Source: Strigamia acuminata (taxonomy: Eukaryota). Taken from it: a DNA stretch of 64,000 nucleotides. Shown here one piece after another: positions 10,401-20,055 of the stretch. Position 1 is the first letter of the stretch; every line of letters begins with the position of its first letter. Location: NCBI GenBank assembly GCA_949358305.1, contig OX442314.1, positions 23,808,001 through 23,872,000 of the forward strand, in the 5' to 3' direction. A program made the translations under genes and the position numbers. Below the pieces are notes generated by a model, which saw only the letters and a program-made list of their open reading frames with translations, was not told the origin of the DNA and did no database searches.

Positions 10401-11537
10401 ATGGACGTGGCCACCCGATGGCCGGAGCTGTACGCCCTCGCGAAGCCCTCGGCTGAAAACATAGTCGAGTGCCTTTACGACGTGGCAATGCGATTTGGGT
10501 TTCCCAGAAAACTCATTTCGGATAACGGCCCCCAATTCCGATCAAGAATATATAAGGACTTCTGTAGGAAATTTAAAATGGATGCATCGAACACCTCCAC
10601 ATATAATCCTCAGACAAACCCAGTCGAGAGATTAAATAAAGATATAAAATATGCGCTGACAGTATTCACCGACATTCACAATCGATGGGACGAATACCTG
10701 CGAGAAATCGCTTTCAGCATTCGCTCAACCGTGTCACGAACACGCGAATTCTCACCGGCGTACCTCAACTTCGCCCGCGAATTAAGGATGCCATGGGACC
10801 CACGCGTTGCCGAAGCTGTTAACGTATTAGACCCGTCGAGCCCACATGAGTACGTGTGCCGGTTGGAACAGACTATATCCGACACGTACCAGCATATGAT
10901 GGCGCATATTTTCAACATGAGAGAGAGAATCGCAGATAAAGAAGGCGATCTCGCTTTCGCGAACTTTAAAGTGAATGATCTAGTGTGGAAGGAGGCACAC
11001 ACGTTGTCCAATGCAGCGAGGGGCATCGCCGCCGGTTTAGCCGACAAGAGGGACGGTCCCTACGTAATTGTGGCCGAACACGGAGGCAACGCATACCAAC
11101 TACGCCGCCTAGAGGACAACAAAAATTTTCAGTCGATACATGGCCGAGATTTAAGGCCATATCTGCCAGAATTTCCACAGGAAATTTGGCTGGAAGGTCA
11201 GACACACAGCGGCCAAGGGGGCACCGTGGTCGACACGTTCCAAAAAACAAATGAAGCTGAAAATATAGCGGAGAGCGAGGATGAATTCTTCGACGCCGAA
11301 TCCCCAGCCGACGAGGCTCCAGCTCAGCCGGAGCAAGCAATTTCGGAGAGGGAGGAAGCAGAAGAATGTACTTCTGAAATGGAAAATAAAAAAATTAATA
11401 ATGAGAAAAATGCCAACACATCGGAGATGAACGAGCAAGTAGAGTCACGATCTACGAGCACGTCGAAAATCAACCTTCGACCACGACGAAGCAATAATCC
11501 GTTCATTCGGGACGGCAAAGTCGTGGGGAAGAACTAA
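7407..11537 (+). CDS. pol: Pol (protease, RT, RNase H, integrase with GPY motif), reached by -1 frameshift
   Basis: LLDSGA, LCIDYR, YLDD, TDASK, TDHQAL, HHCC, D-D-E (SIDLMG, SDNG, PVER), RDGPY. Confidence 0.96.
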   Translation, partial: LPSAGVAEINSASSAPAAEIKKKKYHTGPAGHALAEAQIKDRIQIVPKKEEKVTLTSMQVRTKPEVDMDWTDLPFNLEVEPQTLRVFHCNVTKAHCETLCMLPVEIESQKLFGLLDSGADRSFISEDIVKDLDIGKKVAQVNANVELLTANGYVKPKGVVRIMIDWTGGNLSHPFIVLPSHDKVFLLGMDIMAKLKIQPNPITRSWNWISPEGERSVPVVPQKLLDEAKDKEEYGRGLRKFVQDYDFAAFTLELQRSNVVDTLVEEAALRVNEASLLRRVLRKHERILTKTPGRTTEATHEIVLTTDKPIRVPYKGMNPQKRDIVTQMCQDMLDKGIVTQALGEYAMRIVLVMRPGSEPRLCIDYRPLNAITVIDPIQMPSIDSILRELSPFKWVTTMDLSKGYWQVELKPEDKLKTAFYSPIGRLMFNVMPFGLVNAPSTFQKLIESVLGDMLHDFVWAYLDDIIITSDTFEEHIDHIDRVVSRLAKAGLHIHPGKSKFCRKELAFLGYRIGVEGIAIDPEKVKAINGFPAPEDIKGVQRFMGMVNFFGRLLSGLAEVAAPITDLLRTDKEFEWTVQCEAAFSTIKQMLADVEKMPLPDLNRPFVLHTDASKIGLGAALLQTHVYNGISQEVPCMFISRKIQGAEKNYTATELECLAVIWAVRKFRDYLEYTNFEVQTDHQALSWLMKLKEPSGRLARWQLELMACDITITYRPGKYNHVADALSRAPASDPQGPDDDGEDDTHLLYCPTPRRIWRLRKANELPVMEPEDRTFCGFWTRTYQPAGTNNSTSEIQSPPPGETHKTLLRAFTAKIEEKTQYAPPTRREFVEHQAADTKCQIITQYLLNGEFPEGMTNPHRRKQFVKEATSYLIDDELLVKYHPTFQDDLSGAGNSVKVVVPASLHNRLLWLMHGHPLASHSGIARTLYRVKQLFFWPGARQKITKFIRHCPRCQACRPRDKVARNAMSLGPYAPFDCLSIDLMGPKPTTGNKNMYILVIMDVATRWPELYALAKPSAENIVECLYDVAMRFGFPRKLISDNGPQFRSRIYKDFCRKFKMDASNTSTYNPQTNPVERLNKDIKYALTVFTDIHNRWDEYLREIAFSIRSTVSRTREFSPAYLNFARELRMPWDPRVAEAVNVLDPSSPHEYVCRLEQTISDTYQHMMAHIFNMRERIADKEGDLAFANFKVNDLVWKEAHTLSNAARGIAAGLADKRDGPYVIVAEHGGNAYQLRRLEDNKNFQSIHGRDLRPYLPEFPQEIWLEGQTHSGQGGTVVDTFQKTNEAENIAESEDEFFDAESPADEAPAQPEQAISEREEAEECTSEMENKKINNEKNANTSEMNEQVESRSTSTSKINLRPRRSNNPFIRDGKVVGKN

Positions 11538-11914
11538 AAATAAAAGAAAAGGTGATAACATGGAGCGGAGGCCTTGTAAAATAAAAAGATTTACTTACGA
11601 GAGCTGCTGCACATGTTGAGACGCGAAAATTTGGCTAAGTCCAAACTTCGCAACGAATTGTCGCAGTCACCACTAACAGACGAGAAGTTATGACGTATCG
11701 GGCGACCACGTGACAATGAAACCACGCGGTCGACCCCGTAGCATCATTGCCAGCACGGCGGATCTCGCAAAATACGAGACGCGTTCGAGACCCACAATTC
11801 TCAGCGTCGATGGGCCCAGTTTCCGACTGTTTTTAACACGACGAGACGTGTTTTTTGCTTCTCCCCAAAGAGAAAACAAAGACCTCTCAAAAAACTTCAC
11901 TTTCCTAAATTGAA

Positions 11915-12031
11915 ATGGCCGATCGACGCAACCCACGATTAGAGCCGAGCGCATCGTCGAGAGACGAGAGCGACGGCCTAATCGTAAATGCAGAAGAAGA
12001 TGAGAATTGGGACGAACAACCGCCGCTGCAG
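11915..12031 (+). CDS. Element 2 ORF3, predicted coding exon 1 (MADRRNPRLE...WDEQPPLQ, 39 aa)
   Basis: ATG in an AAATGG context; ends at CAG|GTAAAT donor in phase 0, matching the phase-0 acceptor at 12592. Element 3 has the same layout. Confidence 0.65.
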
Positions 12032-12592
12032 GTAAATTAGTGTGATTTCCCCAGAGAAATCACATAATTCTTTGAATCTGTTGCATCCAACCCAGATTGG
12101 AGCGTGACTTGTGACTGATATATTTCTTTCTGTTTTATTGTTGATTTAAGGCTGGCTAAAAACCCGAGAGTGGACCCAGATTCACCTCGGAGTCAAGGCC
12201 GCCAAAAAACTAGAACAAAGGAAGTGTTCGCGGAATGGCGTCGTGGCAAACCAAAACCAAAACTAAAGGTTTTCTTTCTTTTAAATTTAAACATCGTAAT
12301 AAATTAAAATACGATTAGAGTTAAAATAAAAAAGTTTAACGTAAGAAATTAAAATTTAACGATCGGTTTTGCCTGCGACCCCTTCCAAAAAAGCGGATCA
12401 CCTGAGTTCAAAAGTAGTGTTGGATCAGCGCTACGACGGCAGAGATCATCGCAGAACTGCGAAACAAGAAAATAAGACCGACGGCCGCAACAAAAGAAAG
12501 GAGTTGCTGCCACCGTCGATCTTGAGCATATTTCTGATCCCCATCGTTAACTGGGATTTATTATATTAATCTTGTGATCTAAAATTATTCAG

Positions 12593-15500
12593 GTCGACCC
12601 GCTAGAATCGTGGGACGCCCTGCCTCCGACGGCGTCAACCGCCAACAACATCTTTCGCGGAGCCCTGCCGATTTACCTGCGGCAGGCCTATCCTGCAGAG
12701 ACCAGCGCCTGGAAAATCCGATTGATGTATTCCAGGACCCTCGAGGAAAAATTCGAGCGATCAAAAACGCTGGTCGAGTGCATGACGAAGGAGATGAGGG
12801 AGCGAGTGGGGCCGCGGATCCCACCCGATGCGGATCCGCCGAGCCCCGTTTACTCCGGGTACCTGGAAGAGGCTTACCCAGGCACGGTGGCCGAGCTGCA
12901 CACCTCCCATAGGTGGAGCGAGGCCCCGACCTTGGCAGCCCGCCAGAGAATAGTGGACGACGAGATCAAACGCTTAAAGCGCACCGAGACTCACGGAGTA
13001 ACCCGAGTTCTCGAGAGAAACGGTTTCTCCCCCGAAGAAATCCGTAGATGGCTTCGCGACATCGAAGAAGATCATCTGACACCCAGATGGATACCGCCGG
13101 CGAATTTTACGGCCACGCAGTCTGAGATGTGGCAGTTATACCACGCTGGTATCCTGGGAAGTCGCCGCCATCACAGAAGATCGAAGCGTCCGGCGGAGTC
13201 CGCCCCACGCGGACCCGCACGAAGAAGACAGGCCGTCTCCCCAATAGAGGCCGGCCCGTCAACGAGCCGCGACTACCGCAGCCGCTCGAGCAGCTCCAGT
13301 TCCCGAACTCGAGTTGTCGTGCGCTCGGAGTGTCGCCGAGTAGTAACGCTCGAGCCTGCCTCGCCAGACGACGCGCGGGCTGAGCGAACAGTCGAATCTT
13401 CCGCCCACTGGGCTGCGAGGACCGAGACACACCAAGATCGAGGAAAGAAAAGATCCTCGTTGTTCATGGCGATTACCACACAGTCGTCAGATCAATCCTC
13501 GTCGCGACGAACCGTCTCATCACACCAGAGACCGAATTCTCCGACGGACGTCCCCCAGAGGACGGCCCAACGAAGATCCGTCGCAGCCAGCACCCGGAGG
13601 AATCGAAAGCGCAAAGTACGTCAGAAGTTGCGAGCACAATCCCTGATAGCTAAGGGATTAGAGAAGGAGCGAGAGATGGCCGCCGCGAAACGGTCCGAAC
13701 CCCAGAGTCTCGGACCCACGGCTGGACCGTCCAGGCGCCAAGCAGAGATTGATTTGGGAGAGTTGACGGAAGAGCAAATGTCCCCAGATGAGTCGGACAA
13801 AGATGGGCCGGTTACAAAACAGGATCTGGCCGTAGCATTGAAGAACGCCTTCCGAGGATACGCGGCCAACCGGCCGTCGGGCTCAACACCGGCTGTGCCC
13901 ACCGCGCTTGTGCCCCCACAAGTGCAATCGCGATGGCCGCCACTCCTCGAGGGTACAAACCCAGCCGTGACCGCTTGGACCCCTCCCCGGATGATTCCGG
14001 TGGGGAATCCAGCTCCGAAGCGGGTCAGATACGATAATCTACCCGGGCTGGGCCGTCCACCGTCACCCCCAACGCCACGAGTGTGTCGACCTTATCGCAA
14101 CGCCGAATGGTACGCCCAGCGAGAGATGGACGCTCGATGCCGGCGTGAAGCGGCCTATCCCCCACTCAGCGAGCTACAAGAATATCTGGCCGAATACGAG
14201 AACCCCGCGATTGCCGAGTTGGCCATACGACAGGCCGACGCCGCCCAAACCCACCACATCAATTGGGCGATCGAACAGATGCGGACGCTGTCACAACAAT
14301 TCAGTGGCAATCCGGACCGCGCTCACCCCTGCCATCGGAGCAGTTTGAATTTGGCAGTGACGAACGTCATGGCCCAGCTGCTATCCCTGGGCGTCTTCTT
14401 GGACAGTCGGCAAGCTATGGCGGCCTGGACAATCGTCGACCGTGAGGGAGTTCACCTTCCTCGGGCGTTGTACCAGGTATGGGCCGGATGGACTCCTGAG
14501 CCCGCCTCGCTGCGCTTCGACCTGGCCAGAAATACGGAAAACCCAGGCCTACAGTTTTCAAAGATGCGTTCGTTAGCATTCCGCTACCGGAACCCCGGAG
14601 TCCACCCTTCCTTGTTGCGAACAATTCGGGAGGTTCCGGAGATACCGGGAACGGCGGCGAGCCTTCCACAGGCCATCGAGACCGCCCCCCCAGAGGCGGC
14701 GGTCCAACCATACATACCGACCCCAAAGCCGGTATTCCCGAAGGAGAAGCGACACGCGAATCGACCCATATTGATTCCGAAGCGTTCCAAGCGAGGACCC
14801 CGAACTCCTCCGCTGCCCTCTCCTTCACCACCAGCGGCAGGGCTGGCCGCTCTCTCTGCAGAGCCGGCTACGCCACCGTTGGAGAGCCCAATGGAGATTC
14901 CGCTCCCACCATCGCCTCCGCCGCCCCCAGCAGCGCAGCTTTATTTGAGGCTGGGAGTGGAATACCCCTTCCTTCAGATGTCGGAGTTCACGCGACAACG
15001 CATCATTGACTCCGACGATCACGGCGAATCAATCCTCAAATGGCTAAACAGAGAAGCCCGATCCACCATGGACGCCGTCTTCCATCGCCGTATCCTACGG
15101 GCCCACAGGAAACCCGGATCGAGCGCCGAGTCGCGAAGGATCCGACTCGTCCCCGATCGATTCCCCGCGTCTACCCGGATTTGGATCCATGAGCGTACGG
15201 CAGAGAATAACATCGGGTACCCGTACCCGTACCCGTAACCGTACCCGCCCGTACCCGTAGGGTACGGGCGGGTACGGTTATAGATCTCCCGCGACTCCCG
15301 GTTACGGGTCGGGTACGGGTACGTTTTTTGTTCGTTTTTTGTACGTTTTTTGTCCTGCTGGCCACGTAATCGCGGGTACGGGTAGGGTAGGGTAGGGGGA
15401 TTCCGGGATAGCCCGGGTACGGGCGGGTACGGGTACGAAATTGTTTCGGTGACGGGTAACGGGCGGGTAACGGGTAAACTTTTTTCGCCAATGTTATTCT

Positions 15501-15690
15501 CTGGCGTACGGGGTTGGTTGGCGAGCCAGCCGGCAGTCACCCGCAGTACTTCATCAACGAGCGACAAAATCCTGCGGATCTGACAACCTCTCTGCCCCCG
15601 GATTTACCACCGCCGCCACCGGCAGTGCCACCCGTGATCCTCCGCCCATGCAGAGGAGTGCTGCCGGCTCTTCGCAGAGGAGAGCGATGA
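12593..15690 (+). CDS. Element 2 ORF3 main exon: non-Env accessory protein of unknown function, C-terminus interrupted by a MITE
   Basis: TTATTCAG acceptor, then an open frame VDPLESWDALP... continuous with ORF 12722-15238. Removing the MITE and one TSD restores WIHERTGLVGEP...GER* with the stop at 15688-15690. Homologous to 60870-63143. Confidence 0.85.
15201..15503. mobile_element. hAT-type MITE (303 bp) inserted in ORF3
   Basis: TIRs CAGAGAATAACAT/ATGTTATTCTCTG, 8-bp TSD GCGTACGG (15193-15200 and 15504-15511), internal TACCCG/CGGGTA repeats. Confidence 0.93.
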
Positions 15691-15725
15691 GAAAATTGAG
15701 ATCGCTCCGATCCGAGATCGAAGCT

Positions 15726-15737
15726 GGAGGAGGGACG
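15726..15737 (+). promoter_or_regulatory. Polypurine tract of element 2
   Basis: GGAGGAGGGACG immediately before the 3' LTR. Confidence 0.8.
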
Positions 15738-16557
15738 TGTGGTGACCCAGTTGGATAAGTGTCCCCCCAGGGCGGATACTTGTCCTATGAGTCACTATGA
15801 TTAAAGAGTCGTTCCCCCCCGAGTTGGCTCCACCTCCCCATGGCAGGTGTGTGCCCCGAGGGGGAGGAAGCGGCTGGTGGTCAGCCCCCATTGGTTGATC
15901 GCCGGCCCTTCACCCCACTGCATAAAAGGCTGTGTTTCCCGCCTAAAGACAGAACTTACACAAACGACACCAAGAACACAGCAACTACCTCACCGTCAGG
16001 CCAACTTCAACTACAAGTTAGGATTGATCGAGGATCGCTGAGTAAAGTGCAAACTGTAACTCTCACGAAGTCACTTGCGAGCTATTCCTGCGAAAGCACG
16101 AGAATAGCCCTTGTGAAATCACCCAGAATAATCGCCCAGACGATTATTCGCCGAAGTAAGTGTCCGAGTGCTTTGTAGGGAACCCCAAAGTTCCTAGACG
16201 AGGCCTCTGCGACGCTAAACAAACCCTAGACAACAGGCACGGATAGAAGACTCGAAAGAGCATTCCACCGCGTCCGTGAAGACGAATCCGTGACGAATTA
16301 ACGACAACTCGAGACGCCGCCTTTGTTCCGCCGACCACGCGGAATCGACGACGCCATCTTGAGAAATCCTTTGTTCGACGCTGACCACGTCGACTCTAGA
16401 ATTATTACTGAGTGTATTTTAAAGGCATAAAGCCTGGTGAATAAATTACCTGTTTATTTACATACATTTGGTATTCATTTGGGTATTTACATAATTGATC
16501 ACAGGTAAAGTATTACACGTTAGCGCTATTTAAACCTATACCAAGTAGGACGCGACA
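15738..16557 (+). repeat. 3' LTR of element 2
   Basis: Copy of 3380-4199, followed by TSD AACC. Confidence 0.97.
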
Positions 16558-17382
16558 AACCTTATTTGATTCACGGCACGCTGTATGTCTGTCACGGCGC
16601 ACACTGAATTCAAAAACGCCAGCACATTAATTTTTGAAATTTTTATTTTGTTATTTCTTGTATTATACTTCAATTGCAGTTTAATTTAACCTTTAGCTAT
16701 ATTTAACCACTAGCTGTATTCAAAAAGTTGAGTTTTTTAAGGGTTTTTTCGTGTTTGTCTTTTTGTTTTTCTATTTTGTAACATCACAAAACAGAAAAAA
16801 AAACACCTAAAACACGCGTCGTATCACGACTTTTTTGAATGCATTTCTATTTTTCTATTTTTTTCTCTATTCAGAGAGGTCAGAAATTCGCGCTTCGTTG
16901 GCAATTGATATTGTGAGCAGTTTTGTATTTTGTCATTAGTAAAAAAAATACGTCATATGTGGTCATAACATTATACTAGCCTCAAACATGGTATATATTA
17001 ATTAAACATCAAAATATCACAACAATAGAGGATAAATTTGCTGTGTTTGACTTCACTGTTATTTTGTGACGCTATTTCCACAGCGATCCCTATATTGCAA
17101 CCTGTAAATAAACCAGTTATGTAAATTTCCATTACACCAACGGTCACGTTATTTCCCGCTCTCCACCTGATTCCAGTTTTGATTGGACCCCGCAGATTGG
17201 GATTATTTCGGAAGAACGTTTGCTGGTTGGCTTACCAGTCTGTGAACGACTAGTCAACGTCACTAGTCCATCCTACTATTTAATCAGGTATTTTCTTTGT
17301 AAAAATCAGTTTAGACACGATCTCGAAGCTGACTACTTGTGCCAACCTTTCTTTTGATTATCCGAGTCTGATCGCATCCGAA

Positions 17383-18417
17383 ATGACATCGTCCGACGAC
17401 TACTACCAAAAGGGCAACGAAGCTTTTGTTAGAGAAGAATATGAGTCAGCGATTAATTTGTACACAGAAGCCATTGGGATGGACTCGACGCAAACGAATT
17501 ATTATGTCAATCGGGCGAATTCCAACTTGAAACTTGAAAAGTACGAAGAAGCTAAATACGACGCCAATAAAGCCTTGGAATTAGGAACGAAAGAACCTAG
17601 ATTAAGGCTGTGGAAAGGTGTTGCGTGCTTCCATTTAGGTGAATACAAAGACGCGGAGAATGCATTTTTGGAAGGAAAAACTTTAAGCGAGAGTAAAGAT
17701 ACTTTTGGCGTGTGGTTGGATCGGTGCGCAGTCAAACTGCAAGAAATTGCAGTCAGAGAATCGAAAATCGTTCGTCCTATCGCTACACCTAGTCTTATCA
17801 TCGCTACACCTAGTCTTATCATCGCTACGCCTAGTCTTATCAAGGTGAGACACGAATGGTACCAAACCGAAATTAACGTGATCGTAACTATTCTGGTTAA
17901 AAATGCGAAGCCGGGCGAAGTTTCTGTGCAAATTGGCAGTCAAAGTTTGCGATGCAGCGTGGAAGGAAACGATAAACGTGTTGCCTACGAATTGGACGTT
18001 AATTTGGCGCATACGGTTAATCCCGCGCACAGCAAATGGAACGTTAGGCAAACGAAAATCGAAATTCAAATGGAAAAATTGGAAGGCGGATTGTGGAAAA
18101 CGTTGGAAGAAGCGCAGGTAATTGCCAAAACAGCGAGCGTGTCGTCGAAAAAGAATTGGGACAAAGTTGTGACCGACATTACGGAAAATGACGAAAAAGA
18201 ATCGGAAGCCGGTGGTGATGATCTGATGGGTCAGCTGTTTGGTCAATGTTCGGACGAAATGAGAAGAGCGATGAATAAATCGTTCGTCGAGTCTGGGGGG
18301 ACAGTTTTAAGCAACAACTGGGAAGATGTTCGCAAGAGAAAAGTTAAACGCGAAACACCAACTGGAATGCAATGGACGCAGTGGGATGGAAAGTTTGTTG
18401 ACCAGTCTGAATTGTAA
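17383..18417 (+). CDS. SUGT1: SGT1 (SUGT1) Hsp90 co-chaperone homolog with an intronless CDS, 344 aa
   Basis: N-terminal TPRs, CS domain (VRHEWYQTE...TKIEIQMEK..W..LE) and SGS domain (KNWDK, RAMNKSFVESGGTVLSNNW). AATAAA downstream near 18596 and 18680. Confidence 0.93.
   Translation: MTSSDDYYQKGNEAFVREEYESAINLYTEAIGMDSTQTNYYVNRANSNLKLEKYEEAKYDANKALELGTKEPRLRLWKGVACFHLGEYKDAENAFLEGKTLSESKDTFGVWLDRCAVKLQEIAVRESKIVRPIATPSLIIATPSLIIATPSLIKVRHEWYQTEINVIVTILVKNAKPGEVSVQIGSQSLRCSVEGNDKRVAYELDVNLAHTVNPAHSKWNVRQTKIEIQMEKLEGGLWKTLEEAQVIAKTASVSSKKNWDKVVTDITENDEKESEAGGDDLMGQLFGQCSDEMRRAMNKSFVESGGTVLSNNWEDVRKRKVKRETPTGMQWTQWDGKFVDQSEL
17779..17841 (+). repeat. 21-bp tandem repeat x3, in frame (IATPSLI)
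   Basis: ATCGCTAC(A/G)CCTAGTCTTATC repeated three times in the TPR-CS linker. Confidence 0.97.
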
Positions 18418-20055
18418 ATTTTATTTTCTAGTTTATTAACTTGTATTTTTGCGTTAAAAAGCTAATATGAATTGTTTATACCGGTACTAATATTTTGGTT
18501 ATGAATATTCCTTTCAATTAGCCCTGGGTATGGTATGAATTGTGAATTTTGTATTTTCCTCTTTTCTTTTAAGTATTTGTAATTGTATCTAAACTAATAA
18601 AAATAATTTATTAAAGATTCATACTAATATTTGGTTCTGAGAATTCAATTCAATTGGCCCTGAGTATTTTTAATTGATCAATAAAAATTAAAACCTCTAA
18701 AACATTTACATTTTCCACACACCAAGTCATCAGGTATCCACTTTTGTCTTGTGCGACACTGTTAAGTTGCGTCGCTATTCTGGTGTTTTCTGGTTTGAGG
18801 CCCTAGCTCATAATTGTAGTCTACACATTAAATAAACATTTCGGAACTTGGAGCCCTTCCTCTTCGAGAACCAACAAATCAGCCTCCGCTCGCATGAATA
18901 TCAAAAGCCTGTAGATGTTTAATTGTAATTTCCTTTAATCAATCTGGTGTTGATTGTCTTCATTAATGTCATACAGCTAAAAATGCTCATTCTGCAGTTG
19001 GCCAAAAATGATTTTTCTTGCGCTGATTATTAGTTTTTATAGCAGTGGCAAGAAATCTCATCAAATATTTAGTTCAAATTACTTTTATTTAAAAATAAAT
19101 CTGTAAATTGCAGAAATATAAATTGTAAAAAATATTGGCTTACGTTTTCACAAAAGTAACGAGAAAATTGAATTTAAAATCATCACACTCCGAGAAAGCA
19201 AATGCATATAATAAACTTTATGGTAATAATGAGTATTACAAAAAAATCCACTTGCAATCTTACTCCATAATTGGCTCACGCAATCTTGACCTAAAACCCA
19301 TTATTGCACATGATAGAATCGCTCCTGAATCACTCCGCAGTTTGCCACAGAGACGAGGCCCTCCTGCATTGTGCCGCGGTTTGAATTTATACGAACATGC
19401 ACCATGATGATTTTGACTAATAATTTTGTGCACTGATTATAGTGCATGTACTCACAAATTATTTTAAATCAAATTATGTAGCCATAGTGCTGAGCAAACA
19501 ACATTCTGCATTTCTGCGAGTGCCAGTGAGAGAGAGAGGTTCTTATTCAGATAAAATTCTTGTTCGACTTAAACGTAAGTCCAATTACGCGTAATTTCTC
19601 AAAAATTCTACTCCGTATTAGTTTTCATTTTTATTCTCAATTGTCTTATGGGACAGTGGTATTTTTTTTTATAAAAATGGGTCTCAGTAATGCGAGACCA
19701 AAATGATGCTAAGTTTAATTGCGAAATGAGCGCGGAATAGTGTTCTGACCATATTTCATTTTAATTCGCAATTAAATACATAAAGTGTGTAACGGTTTGG
19801 AATCATAAAAGCCGAAAATTTTTGACATCAAAGCATACAATACAGTATGTATCACATATGTTTCACAACATCTCGGTAGGAATTACGTCATCCGTTCGTG
19901 ACCGGAACGTATTCTTTCTTAGGAATACCAGAGGCAGGACTCAGCCTAAAAACTGGGGCGACGAAATGAAGTGACTTCGTATATTACGGTTCCAAACTGT
20001 CACAAGTTTTATTTTAATTCTTTTCTAATTTATAGCACGAACAGTAAAAACAAGC

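Larger units (their letters stand above)
3380..16557 (+). mobile_element. Full-length Ty3/gypsy LTR retrotransposon, element 2 (13.2 kb; gag, pol, spliced ORF3)
   Basis: 820-bp LTRs with no differences seen by eye, TG...CA termini, 4-bp TSD AACC (3376-3379 and 16558-16561), PBS, PPT and intact gag/pol. Confidence 0.97.

Noticed and set aside
12722..15238. ORF3 as an env gene
   Set aside because: No signal peptide, TM anchor or Cys-rich ectodomain in either element.
15217..15480. CRISPR-like or telomeric array
   Set aside because: Irregular short repeats bounded by TIRs and a TSD, in a eukaryotic context.
15019..15567. Minus-strand 182-aa PYPYP/GYGYG-rich ORF
   Set aside because: Translation of MITE internal repeats plus antisense ORF3.
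16715..16842. Possible small MITE (TGTATTCAAAAAGT / ACTTTTTTGAATGCA)
   Set aside because: Short, imperfect AT-rich inverted match with no convincing TSD.
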